Assembly: GCA_001938485.1 (NCBI GenBank)
Contig: MQRK01230384.1
Coordinates: forward strand, 1-57,362
Direction: 5' to 3'
DNA length: 57,362 nt
Origin: Girardia tigrina
Taxonomy: Eukaryota
Shown here: positions 12,618 to 25,282 of the stretch, one piece after another
How positions within the stretch are numbered: the stretch's first letter is position 1
How the letters are laid out: the number at the start of each line of letters is the position of its first letter
Made by a program: the position numbers and the translations under genes
Notes under the pieces: model-generated
Databases searched by the model: none
What the model was told of the DNA's origin: nothing
Seen by the model: the letters and a program-made list of their open reading frames with translations, nothing else

Positions 12618-13836
12618 TTGTAATAAGATCTTGTAATAAGATTTCGGCTGTTAGTATCCTTAATAAAATTGATTATAAAAAAATAGTGAATTTCAATCAA
12701 GAAAAAATTCGCGCGTTCAAAAGGTTTATTCATTTAATTCGACAAAACAAAAACAAATTTTAATAAAAATTCGATTAAATTCGATTACACCAATTCATAC
12801 AATTTCTAATGTTTTTAAATTAATAAAAATTTTTGAAATTTTATAGAAAACATAAAAAAATTGTTCAATTATATGAATAAAATATTTTTAATCAACTTGA
12901 ACACAAAAAATTCTGACAAATTTTCGAATTACAATTTCGCCATCTAATCAAAACGACAGATTCATATCCAAATAATGAAACCGATTGAAAATAATATTAC
13001 AAAATAGACTACCGAATTAAAAAGATCGATTTAACGTTTATTTGTTGTAAATAATCAATAATGCAGTTTGATTGATAATTTGAAATTGCGTTTGGAAAAA
13101 TCCCCGTTTTCGAACTTTTCAACAATTCGACGTTTTTATAAGAAAAGTCAAAACATCGCAAAACAGTAATTGATATAAATGTCTAAGACGTTCTAAACAT
13201 GACCTATTTCACTTGACAAAAAGAGATATGCTTTTAAAACTCCCCTCTTCGTCGTCTATATCAGAGAGCGATGATCAATAATTATTGCTTACGAAACAAA
13301 TGTACAACTTAACGAATAGATCATCAAATGTCGAGCAGGTCGATCAGTCTCTGAAATATTTATGAACTACAGAAACTAATTAGAATGTAATTAACAAAAA
13401 ATATTATATAAAAATAAACTTTTCATATTTACAAATTCAGTAGAAAAAACAGTCATAACGAATAATGATTTTTTATTCTCACTCAGAGATATTACTTCCT
13501 ATTTTCTTTTATCACAATTTCCCGTAACTATTATTTGTTTTTTGTTTCTTTACATTCTTTTCTTTTGAAAAAACTTGAATAAAATACCCTATAAAAATAT
13601 TTTACCATATATTTAATAATATTTATTTATTTCCCCGCATTCACAAAGGAAATATCATTTGAGATGGGAAAAATTCCATTAAAAATAATAACACTAAAAC
13701 AATCATCAACAAAATATCGTATCAAAATACAAGAAAGAAATATTATTCCTTACTTTATATATATATANNNNNNNNNNNNNNNNNNNNNNNNNNNNNNNNN
13801 NNNNNNNNNNNNNNNNNGAAAGAAATATTATTCCTT

Positions 13837-13881
<45 letters not shown>

Positions 13882-14727
13882 TATTTATATTTTTGTCACA
13901 GGTTTACGGTAATATGTTTACTAAATTAATAAAGTATTACTTCATTTATTTAAAAAAAATATTATGTCTGAAAATATTATTTGTAAAAGAAAATAAACTT
14001 TTTTAAGAATATATTTCTTGTTTGATTCTTTCAATAAAATTTAAATTAATTTTTTGAGACACACTTAATTAAAGTTCTTAAAAACCTCTAATATTTAATT
14101 CTCTTTTTATTTATATTTATTTTCTATTTTGGGCCACGTTTTTTAAATAATAAAAAATAAATAAAATTTTTTATTCAAATATTTATTAAATTTACATTTT
14201 AAATCAAAACACTCACAAAAAAAGCAATTGCTTATGGTTTATTTATCTTTTAAATATAACATAAAAGTGAAGCATAACATTCATTTTGTTATTTATAAAA
14301 ATATTTTTTGAAATGAATTTAATTTGATTTATCCATGCATTAAAACCATTGTCATACAATAATTTAATGTTAATTAAGACTTTTTTGCGAAACGATTTTT
14401 ATTTGAAAAATTATGTTGAATAATCTTACAAACAAATACAAATCATATAAAAGTAATCATAAAAATAATAAGAAGAATAAATATAATCATGATATATAAA
14501 TATAATATAAATTATTTCAGAAAACTCTTTATTAACAATATATTATTTTATAATATTTATAAAAAATCATTTAAAATTTGCAGAATTGATTTCATTTTCT
14601 TTCAAGTTATGTTACTAATATAAATTTTGAGTAAGAATCTATGTTCGGAGTTTAAATTAAATGATTATTATTATATCGTCATTATTATTATTTATTCACA
14701 AAAAGCCGTTTTTATAATTGAGCCTTG

Positions 14728-15189
14728 TGTGAGGGATAATTTGGAATGTTGTAAGTTTGTTGTTTGTATGCTGTTTAGATTTGTGACTCTCTTACTCAGA
14801 TGGGATTGATATGTTATTTGATTAATTATTTGAATCTAATGAAATTAATTTAATGATATTAATTTTAAATACTAATTAATTAAAGTTTGATAATTATGAA
14901 TTTTAATAATATTTTCAGTAAAAGATTTTAACTTATTAAATGTAATATATTTTAAAAATTAATGTTTATTTAAAAATTATGTAATGACTTTTATCCAATA
15001 AAAATTATGAGAAATGAAAATTTATTATTAATCTGTCCCATTCATTGTTTTTTAGATTTGAATATATTAACCAAAAAAACTATATCAATCAAAGAAAGAT
15101 GACCTCTGAAAATTGTTGTGAAGAAAATGTTTGTGTTGTCAATAAATGTTTGCATTCAAATTGTGATGTTGTTAATACCTTGAATGACA
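14728..15189 (+). repeat. Solo gypsy LTR
   Basis: TGTGAG start, CA end; first about 300 bp closely match 31806-32100. Confidence 0.8.
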
Positions 15190-15489
15190 AGTATTGTTAA
15201 TTTTATTCGCCTTTGCCTCTTTTTCTTTTATATATAGACATATATGTAAATAAATAAATTAATAAAATAATCAAAAAAAGAAATAAAAATTAAATTTAAA
15301 GAAATTTTAAAATAAAATCTGAAATGAACTCAGTTTAAATTATTTTTTATGAGTTATATGAATCGTTATTGATTTGGTATTTATGTGTTAGTGATGTGAG
15401 CGGATGCAAACCGAGTTGAGTGATGAAAAAGTAAACAAACTTGCTCTTATTTATTATTTTTATTTATTATTTATTTATTATTTTTATTT

Positions 15490-15685
15490 TTAACCAATAA
15501 AATTTTGAATAAATATTTTAACAATTTATTTAATTTTCCATTTTCTCAGATAATAATACTAAAATCATTAATTAATAGACTTATGCAATTGAACGAAAGA
15601 TTTGACAAAGATTGTCTTGAGGACAATCAAACTTGTTATGTTAATAATAATATTAAAAGTCAAATTGATGTTCTTAATAATTACA
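15490..15685 (+). repeat. 3' part of a solo gypsy LTR
   Basis: Matches 10325-10470 and ends TTACA. Confidence 0.65.
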
Positions 15686-16487
15686 AAATCCCTTATTAAA
15701 CTCCCAAAAATTCAGAAATTATATAAATTGAAATTAAAAAATCACACGAAAAATTAAACAAATTTAAAGACAAAATTTTTTTTATTTTTTTGACTCCCTA
15801 AATCTATTATAAATGTTTATATCTAACAAAACGCATCCCTTATTATTTTCAATCAACATTTTGAAATGTTAGGAATAACAACGCTAATATTATTCAATTA
15901 TATTTCTCAATTTTCTAAGTATTCTGAGTCTAACATTTCTTCTAAAAGCAAATTATTATTCCCCATCCAGACAATAAGTGTTTAGAAATTATTACAATAA
16001 ATCTTCATAAGTTACAAGTTGGAAGTATGTGACTCTATATTTGTTAACTGGCAGACATATTTTTTGTTATCCTGATTTTCAAACTGCATTTTCCTGACAG
16101 TTCCTAAAACTATCTTTTTATTAATTAGTATCAATAATCATGTTTATGTTACGAAATTATTTTGTTATGTTAGAAAAAAAAGATAATGCAATTAATGTTT
16201 TATAATAAAATAAACTCATTAACGCCGGCTGTACGGATTCTGCACTGTTTAATTAACTAGACATACGCATATTGTTTAGTATTATTTATGACTTTGTAAG
16301 TATATATTTTTTAAATATTCAAACTAATGTCTTAGAAGAAGAAGACAAGCGAAATGTTGCGGAATTTAAATTATAAATTATTTATTATAATGTATGTAAA
16401 ATAACTAAACGATTGAAAATCTTTTTTTTGAATACGCAGTGTCACAATTTGAATTTTCACTAAATCTCTGCGAGTATTAAAACATTT

Positions 16488-16717
16488 TTATTCAATGTTA
16501 AAAATCTTATTTACGTCCTTCTCAAAATCCCTACCAGATTCGCCATCACTTGAATCTACATCAACAATAAAATCGTCAAGATAAGTCGGATGGCGTATTT
16601 CCCGCTGAGGTTCTTCTTTCTCCGACACTGGCTTGCTCTTTTCGCTACCTCCATGTCGCGAGCTTGATATCTCGTGATCTAATTTCCGCAACATGTCTGG
16701 GAAATCTGAAACCGTTA
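16488..16717 (-). mobile_element. Short LTR-retrotransposon pol fragment (post-integrase linker)
   Basis: PQREIRHPTYLDDFIV resembles the R.R..P.YL.DY/F motif found downstream of integrase. Confidence 0.45.
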
Positions 16718-17130
16718 TGTGAGGAATGTTTTGAATTATGTGTTGATATTGTGCATGTTGTATGTTGATTCGGATTGTGCCTCTTCTACACAGATGGATG
16801 ATTGGTATTTTCTTTGATTCCTACTAATTAGAAATAATTTAATTTAAATTTAAAGTAAAAAGATTTAAAATAATTTCTGAATGTATTATTTAATTTTTAA
16901 TTTAATTTAAAATTTTAATATATTAATTTAATATGTACTTTTAAAAATGTTTAGATTTAATTTTAACATATTAGAATATTTTTAATTAATAATTTTTATT
17001 AAATGATTTTCATTTATTGAAAATAATTAGTATGAATTCAGAAATATATTAATCAAGAAAAATGTAAATAATGAAGGCGTTTGTAATAATAATAAATGTT
17101 TAAAAATTCATATTGATGTTGTTAATAATA
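16718..17130 (+). repeat. Solo gypsy LTR
   Basis: TGTGAGGAATG start, CTCTTCTACACAGATGG box, family-typical TTGATGTTGTTAATA end. Confidence 0.8.
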
Positions 17131-17132
17131 TG

Positions 17133-17670
17133 TTTGGTTAATCCCACATTGCTAATTCTACTTACCAAAAAATGGCTCACTAGGCATTTGTATTCAATGT
17201 ACACCTCCAACAAAAATATTAAAGAGAGGTGCTTTTCGAACCCATTTAAAGTTTGATAATAAGTTGAAAGCATTTCGCCCCCCTCAATACTTCTAATCAT
17301 TCTCTTTATCAGGTTCAACTACGGAATCATAAACCCCATCTATCCTGAGGGAAAGTTCGGAAGGAACCAGCTACTAGATGGTTCTATTAATCTTTCGCCC
17401 CTATTAGAATGTCTGACGATCGATTTGCACGTCAGAAACGCGGCGGTCCTCCATCAGAGTTTCCTCTGACTTCAACCTGAACAAACATAGTTCACCATCT
17501 TTCGGGTCTTTACACTATCACTCAAACTCCACCCAGATGCGAACACCTCCAGCACTCGTCCGGGAAAACCGGATAAAGTCCCATCACAGCTCACTTAAGA
17601 ACCTTTACATTAATTTCGCCGTGGGGTTTCGTAAAGCCCTTTGACTCACGATCATATAAAACTCCTTGGT
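17133..17670 (-). rRNA. Decayed 28S (LSU) rRNA gene fragment, D3 region and flanking core; pseudogene
   Basis: Reverse complements of conserved LSU motifs: CTATCCTGAGGGAAA, GAACCAGCTACTAGATGGTTC, CGATCGATTTGCACGTCAGA, CATAGTTCACCATCTTTCGGGTC, ACTCCTTGGT. Substitutions occur in normally invariant positions. Confidence 0.93.
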
Positions 17671-18006
17671 AGGTGTAAAGGTCCAACTTATTAAATACTT
17701 TATCGAGTCAACATGTTTCACGATGACTTCATTCATCCCCTGTCACATGAAAGGTGTGCATTGACTTCTAGAAATCTGAAGACTCAAGATCTGTTCTCTT
17801 TACCAGTTTACTAAGCAATTTTTAACCGGTTGGTACGGATTTATACAGCTCCTAACTCGGAAGTTCCTTGTTGTTGGATGGCATTCTGTCATACCGCTTT
17901 CAAAATATCAATAATTGATCGACACGCTATTGTCTTTGTACTCCTATGGTTTGTTCAACTATTCCGTTAAAGTTTGGTCTGTTTACGGCCCGATAAATAA
18001 ATTCAA

Positions 18007-18090
18007 CTAGTATTATCTAGTATTATCTAGTACCTAGTATTATCTAGTATTATCTAGTACCTAGTATTATCTAGTATTATCTCGTACTTA
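18007..18090. repeat. Minisatellite, 27-bp unit (CTAGTATTAT)2-CTAGTAC x3
   Basis: Directly visible tandem array. Confidence 0.9.
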
Positions 18091-18102
18091 TCTATTAATC
18101 TA

Positions 18103-19366
18103 TTAGGTTGGTCGAAAAATAATGGCGGTTTTGGGACACAAACTGCAAAGACGTGCAAATTCACAGAAACAAAAGTTTATTAATCAAAGTATGAACCGTT
18201 GGAATCAATACATTTTTGCCAACGAGAAACAAGTTGTTTTAGTCCATCAGCATAAAATGCATCGGTTCTCGAAGCGACGAATTCTTGGAAGGCATTTTGA
18301 GCATCATTTTGGTTTTTGAAATTTTTTTCACGTAGGAAGTTGTACAAATGCCTGAAAAAGTAGAAGTCCGTTGGCGAGAGGTCTGGTGAATATGGTGGAT
18401 GAAGCAGGCTTTCATAGCCCAACTCATTAAGCTTTTGAAGAGTCACTTTTGAAATATGAGGTCTAGCGTTATCATGAAGAATGATGGGACTTTTTCGATT
18501 GACCAATCCCGAACAAAGAGTTTACAATTTTTTATGCGTTTCATCAATTTCATGACAGTACCTCTCCGCTGTGATTGTTTCACCTGGATTCAAGAAACTA
18601 TAGTGGATGATTCCAGCATCAAACCACCAAACTATAACCTTACGGGGTGTAAATTTCGGTTTTGGAAAGTGTTTCGGTACTTCATCTTTGTCCAAACACT
18701 GTGCAGATCGACGTCGGTTATCATACAGGATCCAGTTCTCATTACAGGTGCGATCAAGAAATGGATCGTTTTTATTGCGAAGATGATTGGCAGAACAAAT
18801 TTCATAGCGTCGGTTCTTTTGATTTTCATTTAAATCATGTGTAATCCATTTATCAAGTTTCTTGATTTTTCCAAGTTGTTTTAAATGATCCAGGACTGTT
18901 GAATGACTAATGCCCAACCCATCTGCAAGTTTTCTGATTGTTGTACGGGGATCTGTTTCCACCANNNNNNNNNNNNNNNNNNNNNNNNNNNNNNNNNNNN
19001 NNNNNNNNNNNNNNNNNNNNNNNNNNNNNNNNNNNNNNNNNNNNNNNNNNNNNNNNNNNNNNNNNNNNNNNNNNNNNNNNNNNNNNNNNNNNNNNNNNNN
19101 NNNNNNNNNNNNNNNNNNNNNNNNNNNNNNNNNNNNNNNNNNNNNNNNNNNNNNNNNNNNNNNNNNNNNNNNNNNNNNNNNNNNNNNNNNNNNNNNNNNN
19201 NNNNNNNNNNNNNNNNNNNNNNNNNNNNNNNNNNNNNNNNNNNNNNNNNNNNNNNNTAAGATTTCAAATAATATCTAACACTAATGCATTTAAACTTATA
19301 TACATATCAAAGTAGATAAACAAAGTATAAAGCTCAAAAACCGCCATTATTTTTCGACCAACCTAA
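18103..19366 (-). mobile_element. Mariner transposon (cecropia/Hsmar1-like TIR), disrupted transposase, internal N gap
   Basis: Perfect 30-bp TIRs TTAGGTTGGTCGAAAAATAATGGCGGTTTT, TA TSD; motifs WITHDL, HDNARPH, YSPDLSPTDFYFF. Confidence 0.97.
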
Positions 19367-21644
19367 TATTACATTCGTCTGAGAAAAACGTGGTATAGTT
19401 ATCCAATATAAATACCCGATGTACGCCGTTTGTAGAATAAGCTTGACATTTCCGAAACAATCAAATTGACATTATCTATACTTATTGGTTTCCTAATTAC
19501 GAAAAATGAATATCAGCAATTGATTATGTTGAAAGATTTCTTCTGATTGTATTTAGTAACATATACGACCAAGTTTCGTCAACATTCAGCGTTTTATTCA
19601 TACATTTTACAGGTGTTTAGTCGATCGATTGGCATCTCTGAAATTTTAAAATTATATCCTTGATATCCGCGTGTGATGCCCCGATGTGCAGTCTTTCCAA
19701 TAAATATTTCATTCTCCTTGCTCTAAGATGGCACTTATTCTGAAGCTCTAGAAGCCTTTCATGATTATCTGCGACAAAAACAACAGTTAACCTGTTTTAA
19801 TTGGCTCTATATTCTAGTCAACTCGTCCGCCATGTAGCTTTCGCTACTTATGAACTCAATCAAAACGTCTATTTTATACTCTTGGCATAACTTTGTGATG
19901 ATCGGCACTCGTCTCTTAATCGACAACTGACTAAAAGACCTTGAGCTCAACTTCCTACGATCCTCTAACGTGTTAGATATCGAAAATATTAAAAATAATA
20001 TATTAAATCAGGCACTTATTTGATGGAAATGGCCCGAGCTTTTTTTCAACATTTATTACAGCATTTACTGAAAATTTACCATAAAAACTACCAAACTTGT
20101 GGTACAAAAATACTTAATAGGTGGACAATATATTTTTAAGAACTTTTGATTGGGTTTCTGTCTTATTTTTAACTTTAGAAAAGTTGAAAACCTTTAGAAC
20201 GAATTGGAAATTTCATTTTTGTAACCGAACTTGAAATTGAATCATTAAACAATTAAATACTAAATTTCTTTTTGCTGAAAATTCCATCAGCTTTATTAGT
20301 GAAAGTTCAACAAGTTTTTTTTTCACTTGGTAAAGAGTTTTCTTGAAGAATGCTATTATTACTCCCAATCAAATCATCAGAATCCTCTAAGTCAAAATTG
20401 TGCTTATTAAAGTTGCCTTTTGAATTGAAAAAAAATTTTAAGAGAAGATTTCACCATTTGATTTTTGTTATTATTTTCGTAATATTGGCAAAGTTCCATA
20501 CATAACACACACACACACTTTAGCATCCAATCACATCAGAAATACACACAAAAAACACACTGCCTTATTTGTATACATTGTGCTATTGAAAAATTCAAAT
20601 TAACAAACGTCATAAGACATTCAAATTTATACACACATAATCACATGACCAATACTCAATCGATTCAAATATCTGGTTAATACTATTCACAGAATCGATT
20701 TAAATTAAACAGATTTTCATTATTCAAAAAATAAAAATACCGAGCAACAAAAGATCCACGCGCTCCACCGACACCGAAATCACTCTTCATTTCAAAAAAT
20801 AATACAATTTACTTTGTTTTAATATCCACAATTTTAAAAATCTTTCATTTACTCATTTAATTAATTTGTTTATATATTATACTTTTTTTATTTTATTTTA
20901 ATTTGGTTATTGATATTATTTCCTTAATTATTTTTAATATATTTAAAATTATTTTCTTTTAATTTAAATGGTAAAAATGTCCGGTCAAATCAAAATTGCG
21001 CTCCACTATGTAAAGACATCTGTAAAAGAGCTAACTGAAAACCTGTTTCAGTGAGCTCCTTTAACGTAACAAAAATAAAGATAAATATGTATAAAACTTT
21101 ATTTTTACGCAATATAAATAAACATATATAACAAAAAAAACGACATACGAGAGAGGATAAATTTTGGTTTCGATTTGTGTCTATTGTTCAAAGATTTCTA
21201 AGGAAAGATCTTCTGTTACAACGATATTGATGGAAACGTCAAAGAATTATTCGGTTGCACGATGAGATTTTGAGGAAATAGATTATCTGAGAGATGCACT
21301 TTCAGGGGAATTTTTATAAATTGATTTGCAGAAAATCCCTTTATAAAACGAATTTACAGGAAAATGTTTTCGGTGTTTTGATTTGAAATTTAGATGCGAG
21401 TTTGATGTTTGTAATTGGAATGATTGATAGTTTTGGAAATTATTCTGAATGAGCTATAGAAATGCTATCGATGCTGCTAGAAAATTCATTTATGAAACGA
21501 ATTTACAGAAAAATGATCTGTATTTAATATTATAATTGTAATCCGTAATATTAATGCATTCAAAATTTCCGATCTTTATTTCTTATCGATTTATTTTTTT
21601 CTTATAATATATCTATTTATATATCCTATAATATTAATATATTA

Positions 21645-22876
21645 GTATTATGTTAAAAGTATTCCCTAAAATTACACAACTAAAATGTATGACCCTAAAA
21701 TTTCACAACTAAAAAGTATGCCACTGAAATTACACAACTAAAAAATATGCCCCCGTGTAATAAATACAATAAAAACACAATACAAAATTATGAAATTTAT
21801 TCATCATTAAAGTAATTTTTCAATAAATTCATCAATTTTTCAAAAGAATCTCCAGAAATGTTGTCTCGGCACATAAACTCATTAAGGTAATCTGCAAAAA
21901 TTCTTTTTTGACTCCTTTCATTTTCTTGCACCGTTTTTTTTGTTTTTATTCCAATAAGATTCAACATTTTGTGTGTGAATCCCGGTTCTAGGATCTACAA
22001 AATTAATCGAATGATTAACTGTATCATGATCATATCTTAGAGCATTTAAATTGGAATATGCTTTCCATTCATCACTGCGAATAGTTGTACACGGCAATAT
22101 TACTTCACAGATAATGGGTCTCAAAATAGCCGCAGATCTGTTTGGAACCACTCACATTATACCTCTCGCCGGAGTAAAAGATGTATCTACGATACCAAAT
22201 ACCAATACCTGATGGTTAGCAACTCAGTCACGATGATATTTTTGTTTGTGGCAAAAAAGACTTTCATCGATTTGATAGATTACATTTTCGCTGCCCAATC
22301 TTACAGGATTAGCTTCAAAATATTCAAAAATGCATTTTATTATGGTTTTGAATATTTCAATAAGGGTGGGCGTTGATACAGTCAAAGACCGTTGAATCGC
22401 CATAATTGATTCTAACATTGCTCCATCTGTAGAGCAAATTTATCTATGTTTGAAGACTGATTCTGAAAATGCCCAAAAAATAATTAGTTCTAATTGAGAA
22501 AGTTGTTTCGTAATTTGAACACCTCTTATTTTGGTAGTTCCAGACATATTGGTCTATAAAACTTTGCTTAGCTGTCCAGGTCATTACCTCGCCGCAACTG
22601 CCACACTTCATTGATGATTTCAAAATCACCTTTGTTTTAAAAAATTTTATCGTGTCTTGTAAATCAGCATTCATTAGTCTTCTTATGATTGTTTCATACG
22701 CACTAGGTGAAATGATCCAAAAAATATTTATGAACATTAAAATAAATAAGATGTATTTATAATGAGATATAATTACAGAACTAAAAAGTACGCCCCTAAA
22801 ATTACACAACTAAAAAGTACGCCCCTAAAATTACGCCCTAAAATATGCCCCTGGGGGCATATTTTTAACAAGATCC
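21645..22876 (-). mobile_element. Merlin (IS1595/ISXO2-like) DNA transposon, disrupted transposase
   Basis: 8-bp TSD ATATATTA, imperfect TIR (GGATCTTGTTAAAAATATGCCC), about 30-bp subterminal tandem repeats; motifs CGSCG, QIDES, SDEWKAY, HTQNVESYW. Confidence 0.93.
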
Positions 22877-23579
22877 ATATATTATATTTAATATTTATAA
22901 TGGTACTTTTACAACATCTCTGGCACTTATATAATTAATGTATCATTTGTAAACCATACCAAAACTAGAGTGTAGAATTTGAATTTTTTTAATTCCATTA
23001 TTTAAATATTTTTATATCTTTCGGTATTTATCTTTGTTTTTGTACCTTAATCTTTTTTATTTCTACGTATCCGCTAGTACCCACTCTAATTAATGATCAG
23101 TTACCAGAAAGAGGAAAACATATTTACAATTAATTTTTTATTTTTTAATAATTATTTTGGTTAGATGATCGCTTATATATTTTATATAAATGATTAAATA
23201 TTATTTATACTTTTTCTATTTTATTTTTTATTTATATATTTTTTCATTTAAATTTTAGATTATTGTGATTAGTTCTAATGCGTAATTTTTATATGTAATC
23301 ATTTGATTTAATCCGAAGAAAGTCTGTCTTACAACAGAGACTCAAAATTGTCAAACCTAAACTAAGTGAACCATGATTATTGTCAAATGAAAAATAAAAT
23401 AAAGATACATAATTTTTCTTGTGTTTTTTTTAAATTTCAAAAACTGTCCAGTTTATTTCATTTCAAATTTTAGGTATATAATTTAAATAAATTAAGTTTA
23501 CGTTAGTTAATATAAGGAAATATTAAATTGACAACCTATTATATACTTTAAAATATATTCGACTGAATCACATATATAA

Positions 23580-24166
23580 CTAGAAAGTATTATCAAGCAA
23601 GCATCCTAACACTTTTTTTTGTTTGCTTTTCATTAAACCCATGTGAAATTCGTTTATCAAACTTTTTACTTAATCGATTTGAGTTAAAAGATTCAATATT
23701 GTTTGCTTTTTAACAGCAGATGTTAGTGATAAATCATGAGTTCTTTATGATGGTTTTGACTCTACAGCTACTTTCAGTTCGTCATTGTCTACCAGCATTC
23801 TTCAGCCCCACCGAAACTCATTTTTCAGATTAAAATTACCTTCCACAAATCTCATGACCAATTAAAGACTGTCTGCTGCTTAGTAACATTGTATCCAAAT
23901 ACACATATTGATATTTCGTATGGTTTCTGATACTTAGTTTCAATAGTTTAAAGTTATAGTTCCAATTTCTGCATTTTACACTTTTTAAAATACTGATATT
24001 TTTTAAAAAAGCTATAAGTACTTCTTATTAATTTATTTGAGGTGTTCAATAGTCAAGATATGTAGCATGCAAACGAAAGAAACTTAGCAACAAAATGTCA
24101 TTAAGAAATTTTAACTATTTGAATTTATTGTAATCATGCCTGCAAATTTCATACTTGACAACTTAA
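23580..24166 (-). mobile_element. Mariner 5' fragment, same family as 37089-38267
   Basis: TIR ...TTTCATACTTGACAACTTAA-TA at the right end; decayed SETIRNI and KKFDKRISH (WVPHEL region). Confidence 0.75.
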
Positions 24167-24283
24167 TAATTTTATCTAGACAATAAAAGAATGTATATTT
24201 TACATTTTTGTAATTTATAACGTTGTACACTGCTTAAATGATTATATTTATAAAATTAACTATTAAAACGTAATTGTATTCAG

Positions 24284-24707
24284 ATAAACGCAATAGACAA
24301 CGACAATGGGGTTAACGGGACAGTACAATACAGAATTGTAGAAGACAGAAACAAAAAATTGTTTGATTTAAATTCCCAAACTGGTGATTTGACTCTTATA
24401 CGATCTTTAACAAGTGCAGACGTAGGTTCATACGTTCTGAACATTGTGGCATCCGATGGAGGAACTCCCAAGAAAGAAATGACACAGACCTTGGTCATTG
24501 AAATTGATAATTCCAATCCATTGGGCACTCAAATGACTTTAGAGTCAATACTTTATTCAGATCAGGCCTTGAATTTGTATATAATTGTTGCAATTATTAT
24601 TGCATCTTTCATCATATCAATTATAATGTTAACTGCCATTTGTATAATTCTGAAGAAATCCAAACAACAAAGACTGAGAACGACTCAAAATACAGAAATT
24701 AAAAAAG
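24284..24707 (+). CDS. Protocadherin-type gene exon: last cadherin repeat, transmembrane helix, juxtamembrane basic stretch
   Basis: CAG acceptor; open frame INAIDNDNGVNGTVQYRI...FDLNSQTGDL...VASDGGTP, TM LYIIVAIIIASFIISIIMLTAICIIL, then KKSK; donor AAG/GTCGGT (phase 1). Confidence 0.93.
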
Positions 24708-24958
24708 GTCGGTGTTTTGTAAGAATGTATAATAACGCTGTATTTAATCTTTAATTATATTAAAAGAAATTAATTTTTAATTAGCAAATTTGTCATAAAT
24801 ATTGAGTGAGATAAATTTCGTTGAAATAATTTTTTTTAAATAGTTGCAGAAAACTAATGAAGCTTTTTCTTCATAATGATCAAATAGAGAATAAATAAAA
24901 TTAATGTAAGGAAGCTAAAAGATAATGTTGCAATATCTTTTACCTTCCTTTCCAAATT

Positions 24959-24990
<32 letters not shown>

Positions 24991-25040
24991 NNNNNNNNNN
25001 NNNNNNNNNNNNNNNNNNNNNNNNNNNNNNNNNNNNNNNN

Positions 25041-25090
<50 letters not shown>

Positions 25091-25282
25091 TTCTAAGAAT
25101 ATTCCAACCATGACCTGTGATTTCAAAATTGGAAGAAAGAATTCCTAAATCTGTGAACTAAGCCCGTTAACATACCTTCCTACTATCTTTACTTACACAA
25201 GTTCTGTTGTCTAGAGACGTGTAGCTGCGTAATTCATTATCTGTATAATTCATTTTTATATTGCCTATAATGTTCCTTCTTT

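Larger units (their letters stand above)
17690..19970 (-). mobile_element. Old gypsy-type pol remnant (RNaseH-integrase) split by a mariner insertion
   Basis: 19970-19370: IKRRVPIITKLCQEYKIDVLIEFISSESYMADELTRI, QRCQSID*TPV, ILDNYTTFFS. Resumes at about 18000: IYRAVNRPNFNGIVE/NHRSTKTIACR. Confidence 0.75.

Noticed and set aside
13733-13880. Direct repeat GAAAGAAATATTATTCCTTACTT(TA)n on both sides of an N gap
   Set aside because: Typical unmerged contig overlap at a microsatellite; likely assembly artefact.
17704-17742. Minus-strand GAAACATGTT resembling a hammerhead 3' half
   Set aside because: No CUGANGA box, no convincing stem II or stem I, no adjacent GIY-YIG.
18881-19315. Long ORFs of X residues (also 54970-55377, 24854-25126, 13664-13879)
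   Set aside because: Produced by N runs and (TA)n tracts.
21660-21755. Regular 30-bp repeats resembling a CRISPR array (also 22770-22850, 27380-27460, 27840-27945)
   Set aside because: No unique spacers, no cas genes, eukaryotic context; they are transposon subterminal repeats.
24708-24754. C-terminal extension of the cadherin ORF (GRCFVRMYNNAVFNL)
   Set aside because: Lies beyond a good splice donor; most likely intron read-through.
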